Assembly (NCBI GenBank): GCA_041601615.1
Contig: JBFIHX010000002.1
Location: forward strand, 224,001 to 288,000
From: Thermoplasmatota archaeon
GTDB taxonomy: Archaea; Thermoplasmatota; E2; JACPAO01; JAHFTW01
DNA length: 64,000 nt
Reading direction: 5' to 3'
Shown here: positions 44,337 through 53,319 of the stretch, in pieces
Layout: every line of letters starts with the position of its first letter
How positions within the stretch are numbered: position 1 is the stretch's first letter
Notes under the pieces: generated by a model
What the model saw: the letters and a program-made list of their open reading frames with translations, nothing else
The model's database searches: none
What the model was told of the DNA's origin: nothing
Position numbers and translations under genes: made by a program

Positions 44337-44537
44337 AAAGTGTCATGTGTGGGGGTGGGTGAAAGTGCTTGGTAACCCGCTTGGCAGCAAGCACGCTTTC
44401 CAGTAGAATCTGAAGCGAGCACCCCATTTGATTGCTGGCGGAATCCGTGAGAGGTTTTTTGGCAAATGTACAGGGACCCCCGCAGCCAAATTTGGGGCAT
44501 GCAAAGTAAGGAATTCACGCTTCAATAAGACGATTGT

Positions 44538-45038
44538 CTACTTCTTCAACGCCTTCAACACCTTCCCACCCGGCAACGCCCGGTACACAGCCCGCTTGAT
44601 GTAGTGCCGCCCGATCATCAATCCGATGCCCACCAACACCGCCGTGGCCGCGTGGTGGTTCTTGGTGCGTCCCCCCGGCATTACCTTGCCCGGCTTGGTG
44701 CCCGTGATGGGCTCGAAGGTGTTGTTGATGTGGCGCGTCGGTAGGCCGTGCTTGGCGAGAATGTCGCCGATTTCTTCGTGCGCGCCGCGTCGGTGGCTCC
44801 ACAAATGCTGCACGAATTTGTTGGAAAGTTCCACTTCCGACTCTAGGCGGCCGTCGCGGAAGGCACGCACGTGAATCTGCATATCGTCCGGTTCTTGCCG
44901 GATAACACCCCAGACCATGCCCGGTTTGCGCGCCTGCTTCAAGTCGCGCTTGAATCCCTCGGCCAAGAAGACGGCCTTGGCGCTCAACAGCCACACGCGT
45001 ACGTCGTGCGGGATGTCCTTGCCGTTGCTGTCCTCCAT
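44538..45038 (-). CDS. Hypothetical protein with C-terminal hydrophobic/basic tail
   Basis: 166-aa ORF MEDSNGK...QIHVRAFRDGRLESEVE...; fills the gap co-oriented with neighbours. Confidence 0.6.
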   Translation of the reverse strand: MEDSNGKDIPHDVRVWLLSAKAVFLAEGFKRDLKQARKPGMVWGVIRQEPDDMQIHVRAFRDGRLESEVELSNKFVQHLWSHRRGAHEEIGDILAKHGLPTRHINNTFEPITGTKPGKVMPGGRTKNHHAATAVLVGIGLMIGRHYIKRAVYRALPGGKVLKALKK

Positions 45039-45088
45039 AGAACCAAATGGGGCCCGGTGAGGTTTGAGCCTTTGGGCCAAATGGGTGA

Positions 45089-45847
45089 CTACTGGGCGAG
45101 GTAGCCGCCGTCTACGACCAGCGTTGAACCGTTGACGAATGCGGCGCCGTCGCTGACAAGCCAGAGGATCGCTTCCGCGACTTCGTTGGACTGGCCGAGC
45201 CGGCCGATGGGGTGTTTCGTGACCAGCATGTCGTGGATAGGTTCGCCCGCCTTGATGCCTGCGCTTTCTAAGAGCGGAGTTTCGATGAAACCGGGCGCGA
45301 CGGCGTTGACGCGAATGCCCTTCGCTGCGTACTCCAGGGCGGCGTTTTGGGTCAATCCGATCACGCCGTGCTTGGCGGCGACATAGGCACTGGATTGGGC
45401 AAATCCCCCGAAACCAAGTATGCTGGCTACGTTCACGATGGCCCCGCCGCGTTTGCCCATGGCGGCAATTTCGTGTTTCATTCCAAGAAATACGCCCGTC
45501 AAATTGACGCCAATGACTGTGTTCCATGCGTCGGTCGGGTACTCTCCAATGGGCGCCGCTGCGCCACCGATTCCCGCATTGTTGACCGCGATGTCCAGGC
45601 GCCCAAATTGCTTGACGGTCGTTGCCACCATTTGCTTCATGTCTACTTCCTTGGAAACGTCAGCTCGAATTCCGATTGCTTGTGCGCCAGACTCCTTCAA
45701 ACTCGCGACTGCGGCATCAATTGCCTCTTGGTTCAAGTCCACAACAGCTACCGAAGCCCCGTGCTCCGAGAGCAGTTTTGCGGTGGCGAGTCCGATTCCA
45801 CTGGCAGCTCCGGTGACCAATGCGCCCCGGCCTTTGAGGTCCGTCAT
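45089..45847 (-). CDS. Short-chain dehydrogenase/reductase
   Basis: TGAASGIG, NNAGIGG, YVAAKHG, NAVAPGFI, VDGG. Confidence 0.92.
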   Translation of the reverse strand: MTDLKGRGALVTGAASGIGLATAKLLSEHGASVAVVDLNQEAIDAAVASLKESGAQAIGIRADVSKEVDMKQMVATTVKQFGRLDIAVNNAGIGGAAAPIGEYPTDAWNTVIGVNLTGVFLGMKHEIAAMGKRGGAIVNVASILGFGGFAQSSAYVAAKHGVIGLTQNAALEYAAKGIRVNAVAPGFIETPLLESAGIKAGEPIHDMLVTKHPIGRLGQSNEVAEAILWLVSDGAAFVNGSTLVVDGGYLAQ

Positions 45848-46040
45848 GGTAGCCGCTTGGAGTTCCTTCATGATACAGTTGAGGGTGACGAAGGGCGGGA
45901 GGGCGCGTGCGGCATGGGGGACGGGGCATGCACCAGGGCCGTCGTTGTGTTGTAGTGTTCGCGATGCACCGTGCGGTTTTGGTCTTCCTTGCACTCCGTT
46001 TTCGAATCGAGGATTTTGTTGGCCGTGCGCGGTTTTCCAA

Positions 46041-46247
46041 TCAGGGTGATGGCTTTTGACGCCTTGATTGCAGGCACACCAAGGTTCCTGCGACACCTCC
46101 GGCCATCAGGAGCACCATCCAGAAGATCCCTGGCCCGGTGTGCACTCCGCCCATGAATGTGCCTCCCATGGTCAGGCTCATCAGCAGTACCATGAAGGCG
46201 AAAGCGGCCGTAATCCACGCGATGATGGGCGCTGTGGAGTCGCTCAT
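46041..46247 (-). CDS. Small two-TM Met/Gly-rich membrane protein
   Basis: MSDSTAPIIAW...; ATGA overlap with the upstream gene stop. Confidence 0.55.
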   Translation of the reverse strand: MSDSTAPIIAWITAAFAFMVLLMSLTMGGTFMGGVHTGPGIFWMVLLMAGGVAGTLVCLQSRRQKPSP

Positions 46248-46516
46248 GCCGTTCCTCTGTGTGCTTCGTGCATGTGTTGGCCTCCGGGGCAACTGGCGTG
46301 GTTGACTTGGTGTTGTTCGTGCATGTGCTCGATGTGGTGCGGGCCTTCGTTGGGGTCCTCATGGGAAGTGCAGTGGTAGCCGCCGTAGTCCAGCATGTGC
46401 TGGTGGCCAAGTCCCATGCCTTCTGCGACTTGGCCATGTGTCGATTCGTTGGCGATGGCCCCGGCGCCTGCCACGAGGATGGCTGCGAACGCCGAGAGGA
46501 GGGCGATGGAAGCCAT
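46244..46516 (-). CDS. Small exported His/Met-rich putative metal-binding protein
   Basis: Hydrophobic N-terminus then HQHM, HCTSH, HHIEHMHEQH, HMHEAH. Confidence 0.6.
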   Translation of the reverse strand: MASIALLSAFAAILVAGAGAIANESTHGQVAEGMGLGHQHMLDYGGYHCTSHEDPNEGPHHIEHMHEQHQVNHASCPGGQHMHEAHRGTA

Positions 46517-46518
46517 GA

Positions 46519-47049
46519 TCACTCCATCCAGGAGAAGCGTTGGACGATCTTGGTGCGACTCCAGACGGCTCCGAGTCCGAAGATGTGGCCGGCGCGGGCC
46601 ATGGCGAGGGCCAGGAGCGCGAAGATGTAGACGATGTGGTCGTCCATGAAGGGGTTGTTGTCCTTTGGAAGGACCGCGAGCCACATCAAGAACATCATCA
46701 GGCTACCTGAGTAGGCTGCCAACCGGACGCCGACGCCGAGGGCAAGGGCGAGGCCGATGAACAAGAGGCCCACCATGAAGACCCACTCGATGAGCACGCT
46801 GTCGGCCATTGCATTGAATGCGCCGGCGAAGGGGCCGCTGGAGCCAAAGTTCAGAAAGCCGTAGGTGGGGCTGCCACCACGAATCCATGCGTTCTCCTTG
46901 GCGGTGGCGTATCCTAGTCCGAAGGTTTTGTCAAAAAAGGCCCACAAGAAAACCCATGCGAGGCTCAGTCGAAGTCCGACCCAGACGACTTTGGTCCAGG
47001 TGGACGATTGGTGTGATTCGGCGTGTGGCCGCGCGTGTTTGGTGATCAT
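46519..47049 (-). CDS. DoxX/DoxD family membrane protein
   Basis: LRLSLAWVFLWAFFDKTFG, GGSPTYGFL, NPFMDDHIVY. Confidence 0.85.
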   Translation of the reverse strand: MITKHARPHAESHQSSTWTKVVWVGLRLSLAWVFLWAFFDKTFGLGYATAKENAWIRGGSPTYGFLNFGSSGPFAGAFNAMADSVLIEWVFMVGLLFIGLALALGVGVRLAAYSGSLMMFLMWLAVLPKDNNPFMDDHIVYIFALLALAMARAGHIFGLGAVWSRTKIVQRFSWME

Positions 47050-47180
47050 ACGAGAGGCGGCGCCAGCGTGGGCCGCGCCCCCGCCGGTTCGGTGGGTTGC
47101 AGATGGGTTGGGACGCGCAGCGGCTTCGTGTCGTGCCATGAACATGAATATGTGACCCAGAGGATAATCTCGGGGCTCGT

Positions 47181-47209
47181 TTCTCAAGCTTGATTCTTAC
47201 GCGTGAAAA
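47181..47209. promoter_or_regulatory. Double TTCTCA-N4-TGAGAA-like operator upstream of the doxX operon
   Basis: TTCTCA-AGCT-TGATTC and TTCTTA-CGCG-TGAAAA, offset by 13 bp. Confidence 0.55.
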
Positions 47210-47991
47210 TGAGGCGTTCCTCGCGGTGGGTTTCTGGCGGGTGCGCTCTTTTCCCGCGTGGACAGGGTCCAGAGGAAGGCTGCAAGGGCGTATGCGCACC
47301 ATGCAAGGAGGAGCGCCCCGAGGTTGCCAATGGCGACCACCCGAGCAAGCGTGAACGCCAGAATGAACGCTGTCACTCCGACGGTCCCCGCGATTCCGCC
47401 ACGAAGAACCGCAAGCGCGCGCTCTTGGCCGGCGTGCCATTGTGCTCCAAGGACCGAGGCCACGAACAGGAGCGGCATCACGGCCACGAAGGGCGTAAAC
47501 GCGGGCGTCCAGCGCTGAACGATGGCCACCAGTGCGACGGATCCAGCCCCTAGAAGGAAGCGCGCTAGGACGGGTAGGCTGCGCCGGGTCGATGGAGTAG
47601 CGGCCATTTGCCTGCGGCGTGTTCCTTGGGCAATCAATGCCGCAGCAAAAGTCATGGGTACGAGGATGGAGACCGGAATGCCCGCGTCGAATAGGAGTGC
47701 GAGGGGTGCGATGATCGACAACGAGAGCCACACAGCGCCTCGGGTGCCTCGGCGGTGCAGCCATGTGGAAACGAGGATGGCGAGTGCGGTCGCGGCAACG
47801 ATCGGCATGCCATGCAGGAGCACTCGGCTTGGTGCCATGGCTCCGAGCACGAGGATTGCGGCAGTGGGAGTCACGGGAGCAGCCGCGAGGATTCCTGCCA
47901 GTGGCCGATCGGACTTGGCCGCGACGGCGGTGGTGGCGACGACAGCGAGCCCCGCAACGGTTCCATACAACAGCAGAGCAAGCCCGTTCAT
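47197..47991 (-). CDS. Multi-pass membrane protein (hypothetical)
   Basis: About 8 TM segments in two internal halves (GILAAAP.. / FVAVMP..). Confidence 0.65.
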   Translation of the reverse strand: MNGLALLLYGTVAGLAVVATTAVAAKSDRPLAGILAAAPVTPTAAILVLGAMAPSRVLLHGMPIVAATALAILVSTWLHRRGTRGAVWLSLSIIAPLALLFDAGIPVSILVPMTFAAALIAQGTRRRQMAATPSTRRSLPVLARFLLGAGSVALVAIVQRWTPAFTPFVAVMPLLFVASVLGAQWHAGQERALAVLRGGIAGTVGVTAFILAFTLARVVAIGNLGALLLAWCAYALAAFLWTLSTREKSAPARNPPRGTPHFHA

Positions 47992-48097
47992 GGCCAACGC
48001 TCCAGGCGCAAGCGCGGGCGGCCCGTTGCATGCACGCAGGAGTTACGGACACCAGCGTTGCCAAGGCGCACTTGCGCAATTCGTGGTCCTTGCATGC

Positions 48098-48298
48098 TCA
48101 AGAATCCTTGAGATAATGCGCTGCGTGTTCCTCGGCCTTCTGGTAGCGGGCAAGGTACATGCCTGCGAGCACGACCAGCACTGCCAAGAGAGCTTCGCCA
48201 AACAAGAGGACTACCAGGGGTGCTCCCACGAGGACCGCCATGGTCCAAGCCAAGAGGCCGCCCATGAGTGCCGCAGCCACGGAAGCCAGTTGTTTCAT
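48098..48298 (-). CDS. Small two-TM protein coupled to nirK
   Basis: 66 aa, hydrophobic; ATGA overlap with the nirK stop. Confidence 0.55.
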   Translation of the reverse strand: MKQLASVAAALMGGLLAWTMAVLVGAPLVVLLFGEALLAVLVVLAGMYLARYQKAEEHAAHYLKDS

Positions 48299-49668
48299 GC
48301 GCCCTCCCGGTACACGTCAGAATCGGCTTCGCCCGTGACGGTCAGGACCCCAAAGGCACCTTTGTGGACGCGGAAGATGCTGTGGTCCACGAGATAGTAA
48401 TCGCCTGGGTACTCGACGAGGAACTCCACCATGGCGGCGCCGCCGGCGGGAACGAGGGTCGTCTGGACGTTTCGTTGCGGCTCGGTTTCGAGACTGGCTT
48501 GGTCGTAGCTTCGGTCGAAGATTTCGCCAATCACATGGAAGCTGCCAACGAGGTTCGGGCCACCGTTGCCAACAAACAAGCGCACGGTGTCGCCGACTTC
48601 CGCCTGCAAAGCCCGCTCACCGGTCAGTGAGTCCATGCGGCCGTTGAAGACCACGAAGGTCGGGTCCTCGGACGCGGCGCGGTCGCCATCGTACTCATGG
48701 TGGCCCGGCTCGGAGGCTTTGTGCGGACTGTAGAATTCGCTTTGGAAGACGTAGTATTCCTTGTCTACGGGTGCCAGGCCACCCTCTGGTTCCACGAGGA
48801 TCAATCCGTACATGCCGTGGGCGATGTGCAGGGGCGGGTCCTGGTAGGCGCAGTGATAGACGTACAGGCCGGCGTTGAGGGCACGGAACGTAATGGTCGC
48901 AGTCTCTCCGGGTGCAGCGATGGTTCCGGCAGCCCCTCCTCCGGGTCCGTTGACGGCATGAAAGTCGATGTTGTGGGTCATGATGCTGGAGGCATCGTTG
49001 TGGTGGTTGATGGTGACGACATCGCCCTCGCGTACGCGCAGCATGGGGCCGGGGACGGTGCCGTCGAAGGTCCAGTATCGGTACGTGGTGCCGTCGGCCA
49101 TTTCACCAATTACTTCGAGGCTTGTCAAGTTGAACGTGGCCTCGGGGGGCCCCCGTTGTCCGATCGGGGCCGGGACATCGAAAGCACTGCGTCCAATTTC
49201 TTGGACCTCCAACGCTTTGGCGGGGCCGGGGCCGGCTGCGTCGGTGGACGGATTGGTGTTCGATGCGCCCGCTTTGACAATGACGGTCGCGACCATGCCG
49301 GTCCAAGCTCCGGTCTCCTTGTCCTGGGCGGCGTGGGGGATGCAGTAGTACTGATAGGTGCCCGGCTTCGTGAATGTGAAGGACCAACTGATACCTTCAC
49401 CGAGCCATTGTGCCGGATCGTCGCCGCTGCCCGAGGTTCCCCACGCGGCCTTGTCCGTAGGGGTGATTGTGTGTGCGAAGGGGTCCTTGTTGATCCACGT
49501 GACCGTCGTTCCCACGCCAACGGTGATGGTCCCGGGAGCATATTCGAGGTTCTTCATCTGCACAAGGACCGAATCCGCACCAGACTCGGGACTTGTCTGG
49601 ATGCACCCTGCAAGCATCGAGGCGGTCAGAACGAACCCTAGGGTCCAAAGCCATGTTTTTCTTGGCAT
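48295..49668 (-). CDS. nirK: Copper-containing nitrite reductase with N-terminal fused cupredoxin and lipoprotein signal
   Basis: LAGC lipobox; HTIT and YYCIPH..GM cupredoxin; HNIDFH, YHCA...HIAHGMYG, SFHVIGE, VDHS. Confidence 0.9.
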   Translation of the reverse strand: MPRKTWLWTLGFVLTASMLAGCIQTSPESGADSVLVQMKNLEYAPGTITVGVGTTVTWINKDPFAHTITPTDKAAWGTSGSGDDPAQWLGEGISWSFTFTKPGTYQYYCIPHAAQDKETGAWTGMVATVIVKAGASNTNPSTDAAGPGPAKALEVQEIGRSAFDVPAPIGQRGPPEATFNLTSLEVIGEMADGTTYRYWTFDGTVPGPMLRVREGDVVTINHHNDASSIMTHNIDFHAVNGPGGGAAGTIAAPGETATITFRALNAGLYVYHCAYQDPPLHIAHGMYGLILVEPEGGLAPVDKEYYVFQSEFYSPHKASEPGHHEYDGDRAASEDPTFVVFNGRMDSLTGERALQAEVGDTVRLFVGNGGPNLVGSFHVIGEIFDRSYDQASLETEPQRNVQTTLVPAGGAAMVEFLVEYPGDYYLVDHSIFRVHKGAFGVLTVTGEADSDVYREGA

Positions 49669-49711
49669 GCTGACCCCATGGCGTGCTTCTCCGCTTATAG
49701 CAAAGGTCTAT

Positions 49712-49740
49712 TTCTCGGCATAGATTATCAGGGTTGAGAA
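49712..49740. promoter_or_regulatory. Double TTCTCA-N4-TGAGAA-like operator in the divergent nirK/regulator promoter
   Basis: TTCTCG-GCAT-AGATTA and TTATCA-GGGT-TGAGAA, offset by 13 bp. Confidence 0.55.
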
Positions 49741-49748
49741 CCAGCCTC

Positions 49749-50105
49749 ATGCACCAAGTCGGACCTTTGCATGAAGCCGCCGTGGAAAAAGCGCTGGCGC
49801 TTGCCGCCACCAGGCGCATCCTCTCGCAATGCATCCGCGAACCTCGGGCCGTCAAGGAAATCAGCGAACGGACCGGACTTCCTCTGGCTTCTGTGTACCG
49901 GCACGTCGGACACCTCGTGGACTCCCGCGTCCTAGTGGTCGAACGCAGCGCCATGACGCCGGACGGCAAGCCGTTCGATCTGTATCGCTCCCGGATTCGA
50001 CGGGCCAGCATCGAGCTTGGGCCTGAGAAGGTGGATGTGTCATGGGATGCCAATGTGGCGCTTGAAGACAAACTCATCCACATGTGGAGTCATTTTGGAG
50101 ACTGA
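49749..50105 (+). CDS. Winged helix-turn-helix (ArsR-like) transcriptional regulator
   Basis: RRIL...EISERTGLPLASVYRHV..L...L.V...DGK...YRS. Confidence 0.82.
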   Translation: MHQVGPLHEAAVEKALALAATRRILSQCIREPRAVKEISERTGLPLASVYRHVGHLVDSRVLVVERSAMTPDGKPFDLYRSRIRRASIELGPEKVDVSWDANVALEDKLIHMWSHFGD

Positions 50106-50108
50106 CCC

Positions 50109-50393
50109 ATGCAACACTACATCATCACGCTCAGCATCATCAAGGCCATCACGGTTGTATTCGGGTTGGTATTTCTGTTCTTCACATGGAAGGCATATCG
50201 CAAAGCCCGGACCCGAGCCCTGTTGATTTTGTTCATCGCCATCGGATTGATGGTGGCGGCCGCCGTAGCCGAGGGAGCTTCCTTGCAGATCCTTGGGTTG
50301 AGCCTTGATCAAGCGCATGTGGTCGAAGCGTTCGTCACCTTGGCAGCCTTCGCAGTACTGTTGTATTCGGTGCTGTCGCATCGATTGCCCTGA
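50109..50393 (+). CDS. Three-TM membrane protein (DUF7521-like), partner of the wHTH regulator
   Basis: KAYRK..TRALL..IG pattern ending in LLYS; 3 bp after the regulator. Confidence 0.7.
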   Translation: MQHYIITLSIIKAITVVFGLVFLFFTWKAYRKARTRALLILFIAIGLMVAAAVAEGASLQILGLSLDQAHVVEAFVTLAAFAVLLYSVLSHRLP

Positions 50394-50510
50394 GTGTCTG
50401 CATCCGAGCAATGGGGCCTGGCCATCCGTATTGCATGGGGCCAGGCTGCCTAGAAGATCGAGGTCAAGGGCGCTTGCTGGGATTTGGGTATCGATGGGTG
50501 TCGGTGCTGA

Positions 50511-50539
50511 ATATCAGGTCTAAGAATTAGGCTTGAGAA
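50511..50539. promoter_or_regulatory. Double TTCTCA-N4-TGAGAA-like operator upstream of the multicopper oxidase
   Basis: ATATCA-GGTC-TAAGAA and GAATTA-GGCT-TGAGAA, offset by 13 bp. 50521-50539 matches the reverse complement of 47181-47199 at 17/19. Confidence 0.6.
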
Positions 50540-50581
50540 TCGTTGTCGGTTTCTATTCAGGATCGCCGATTGCGTGGTTTG

Positions 50582-51970
50582 ATGAGGTTCTTTCCTCTGT
50601 TGACGACGGCTGGCTTGATCTCGGCGTTTGCACTTGCAGGCCGTGCCGGCATCGGGTTCCTAGAAGGCTATGATCCCGTGACCCGCGAGATCACCATGTG
50701 GGTCGAGCCCATAGATTGGAACGTTCACCCCCTCGTCTCGACGCCCGTGTGGGCATTCTGCGCAGAAGGCAATGGCGTGGAGCCCGTCAATGGCGGCGGC
50801 GCGTGCAATGTCCCTGGCCCGACCATCCACGTGGTTAAGGGCGACACGATTCGCCTGACGTTCAAGAACACCCATTCCATTGCGCATACGGTGCATTTCC
50901 ATGGCTGGCACCCGTTTGCATCCGACATGAACGGCGCCAGCCTCCTTGGAGATTCCATGGTGGGCGAACCCGGCTCTGAGACGGTCATCGAGTGGGCCGC
51001 CAAGCCTTCTGGATCATTCATTTACCACTGTCATTTCCAGACTCCAACCCATATGGACATGGGGATGTACGGCGCCTTCATCGTGGACGACCCAGAGGAG
51101 GAAGAAGCGCCGGACCACGATTTCGTGGCGGTCCTTGATGAGTGGGCAATTCGCGAAGACCCCGTGTTTTTGGGCAACGTGCCGGCCTACAATTTCTTCA
51201 CCATCAACGGCAAGAGTTTCCCCTTGACGGAGCCGTGGATTGTGAATCCGGGCGACAAGGTGCGTTTCCACATTGTCAATGCCGGGTTTGAGTTCCATTC
51301 CATGCACCTGCACGGGTACACTCCCGATGCATACGAGAGGGTCGCCGGGCCCGCCAATGCCGTCCGGACGGATGTTCGGACAGTGGCGCCTGGGCAGACC
51401 GTGGTCATGGATTTTGATGCGGACCGAGAAGGAGTCTGGCTGTTTCATGATCACGTCGTGCCGCGTGTCACAGCGGCTTCTGACGGGCATGGATTTGGCG
51501 CCTATCCTCGCGGCATGCTGACCGTGCTCGTCGTGGGCGATGAATACGCAAATGCCTTGGATTCCATCGTTCCCAATTTGCTGGCAGCTGCATCCAACGA
51601 CGCAGCCCCGGCTCCGGCATCCGTGGACAATTCTCACCAAGCGTCCCCCACGAAAGACGAAACGGCAAACGAGACAGAGCCGGCAACAAGTGCGCCCGAA
51701 CGAGTCCTAGTGGAAATGCGCAATTACGCCTTCCAAACACCCGAACTACGAATCGCTGCGGGCACCGTCGTCACATGGAGCAACAAGGATGGCGCGTATC
51801 ATACGGTCACGGCAGAGGATGGGAGCTTCGACAGCGGCGAGATTCAAGCCGGGCGGGCCTGGTCCAAGACCTTCACAGAGCCGGGAACCTACCCGTACTA
51901 CTGCATTCCGCATGCATACGAAAAGGACGGCCAATGGAACGGCATGACTGCAACCATCGTGGTCGAGTAA
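50582..51970 (+). CDS. Two-domain multicopper oxidase with extra C-terminal cupredoxin
   Basis: HTVHFHG, YHCH...HMDMGM, HSMHLHG, WLFHDH; C-terminal HTVT...YYCIPH...GM. Confidence 0.87.
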   Translation: MRFFPLLTTAGLISAFALAGRAGIGFLEGYDPVTREITMWVEPIDWNVHPLVSTPVWAFCAEGNGVEPVNGGGACNVPGPTIHVVKGDTIRLTFKNTHSIAHTVHFHGWHPFASDMNGASLLGDSMVGEPGSETVIEWAAKPSGSFIYHCHFQTPTHMDMGMYGAFIVDDPEEEEAPDHDFVAVLDEWAIREDPVFLGNVPAYNFFTINGKSFPLTEPWIVNPGDKVRFHIVNAGFEFHSMHLHGYTPDAYERVAGPANAVRTDVRTVAPGQTVVMDFDADREGVWLFHDHVVPRVTAASDGHGFGAYPRGMLTVLVVGDEYANALDSIVPNLLAAASNDAAPAPASVDNSHQASPTKDETANETEPATSAPERVLVEMRNYAFQTPELRIAAGTVVTWSNKDGAYHTVTAEDGSFDSGEIQAGRAWSKTFTEPGTYPYYCIPHAYEKDGQWNGMTATIVVE

Positions 51971-52202
51971 GGCCCCGCGCATCATGATGAACCGCTGGGC
52001 CCGCACGCAACGACACCACACTCCCTCCGTGCGTTGGTCCGGCATCTTTTCCCTCTTTTTCTCAAACATGACTGCCCGCTGAATACGCCCCGGCCCAGAA
52101 CCGTGGCGCCCGCAATGATGCCGGTGGATTCTGCGTTTTCTACCCCAGACCCCTCAGCAAAGCCACCTTTTCTGTACCCATCGCAAGTTTGAAGGTGCGT
52201 TC

Positions 52203-52892
52203 ATGAAACGCTCTTCCAACTTTTACAGGTTCGCCCGGACACCTCTTCCCAGAGGAACCCCCGACGCTCCCCGAGGCCCCGCCGTCTTGCTTCGCGTCGT
52301 TGCGTGGCTTGGATTGGTCGCCTCGGCATTGGCAATCCTGCAAATTGCAGGCATGCTCGTCGTGGTGTATTTCTTCATCGGACTCCTTTTAGACAGCGAA
52401 GAAGCCCGCGCGGGAGCACTCATCGGGTCCGCCATCCTTGGCATCGTGCTACTTCTGGCGCTTACCACCACCGCAACCGCGGGACGTGCCTACCTCGCGT
52501 GGGTCCAGCAAGCGGGAGACGCCGTGGCTCGTACCCGCGTGACCGCGTGGCTCATCTTCGCAATCGCACTCGTCGTCGTGACCGCAACCTTCCAGCCACC
52601 TCCGTCCTTGGAGCCGCAAAACACCGCAGGAATGGCAACCGCAGGGCTCGGTTTGGCACTTATCATCGCCACCATGGGCATCGTCATACTCGCCCAAAAT
52701 CGAAGCAACAACGCGAACTCTTCATCGCCTCGCCAACCCAACACCGCTCCCGCGGCCTGCCCCCCCCACCCTTCGACGGGCCAGACCACGACAGATTACC
52801 AATGCCCCCAGTGTCGCCGCCAATACCAACTCCCGGCACTCCCCAAGGTAGGCACACTCTGCCCATCCTGTCGTCCCGCCAAGGAACCCTAG
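52203..52892 (+). CDS. Four-TM membrane protein with C-terminal Zn ribbon (start uncertain)
   Basis: Four hydrophobic helices; CPQC...CPSC. Confidence 0.6.
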   Translation: MKRSSNFYRFARTPLPRGTPDAPRGPAVLLRVVAWLGLVASALAILQIAGMLVVVYFFIGLLLDSEEARAGALIGSAILGIVLLLALTTTATAGRAYLAWVQQAGDAVARTRVTAWLIFAIALVVVTATFQPPPSLEPQNTAGMATAGLGLALIIATMGIVILAQNRSNNANSSSPRQPNTAPAACPPHPSTGQTTTDYQCPQCRRQYQLPALPKVGTLCPSCRPAKEP

Positions 52893-52927
52893 TGACCCCG
52901 ACGGATTGAGCCCCCGGGCCAAAGAGC

Positions 52928-53290
52928 TTGATAATCGACGCTGCCCCTGCCTCGAACGTGGCCGTCACCTCTTGTCCGCACTGCGACGCCCCGGTCCCTG
53001 TGCCGGTGGAAGCCGAGGAGGGATCGTGTCCCGAGTGCAACGCGCCACTACAATTCGTGGACGTGCCGGACCGTCCCTGCGACCACTGCACGGAGCCCGT
53101 CGCACTGCCCCCAGGGCGGAATATTGTGCGCTGCGAAGCTTGTGGGCGGTTGCAGGCTGCCGCCGAAGGCCGCGACGTCATCATGGAGGCCCGCTGCCCC
53201 CGCTGCCGCAGGCTCGTCACGGCCAAGATTGGGCAAGAACAGGCGTCGTGCGGGGCATGCGGGGCGCAAATGGTCCTTGAGCAACCGTGA
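52928..53290 (+). CDS. Multi Zn-ribbon protein (six CxxC)
   Basis: CPHC, CPEC, CDHC, CEAC, CPRC, CGAC. Confidence 0.7.
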   Translation: MIIDAAPASNVAVTSCPHCDAPVPVPVEAEEGSCPECNAPLQFVDVPDRPCDHCTEPVALPPGRNIVRCEACGRLQAAAEGRDVIMEARCPRCRRLVTAKIGQEQASCGACGAQMVLEQP

Positions 53291-53319
53291 TAACCCAAAC
53301 CAGGGTTGGAGATGCTGTC

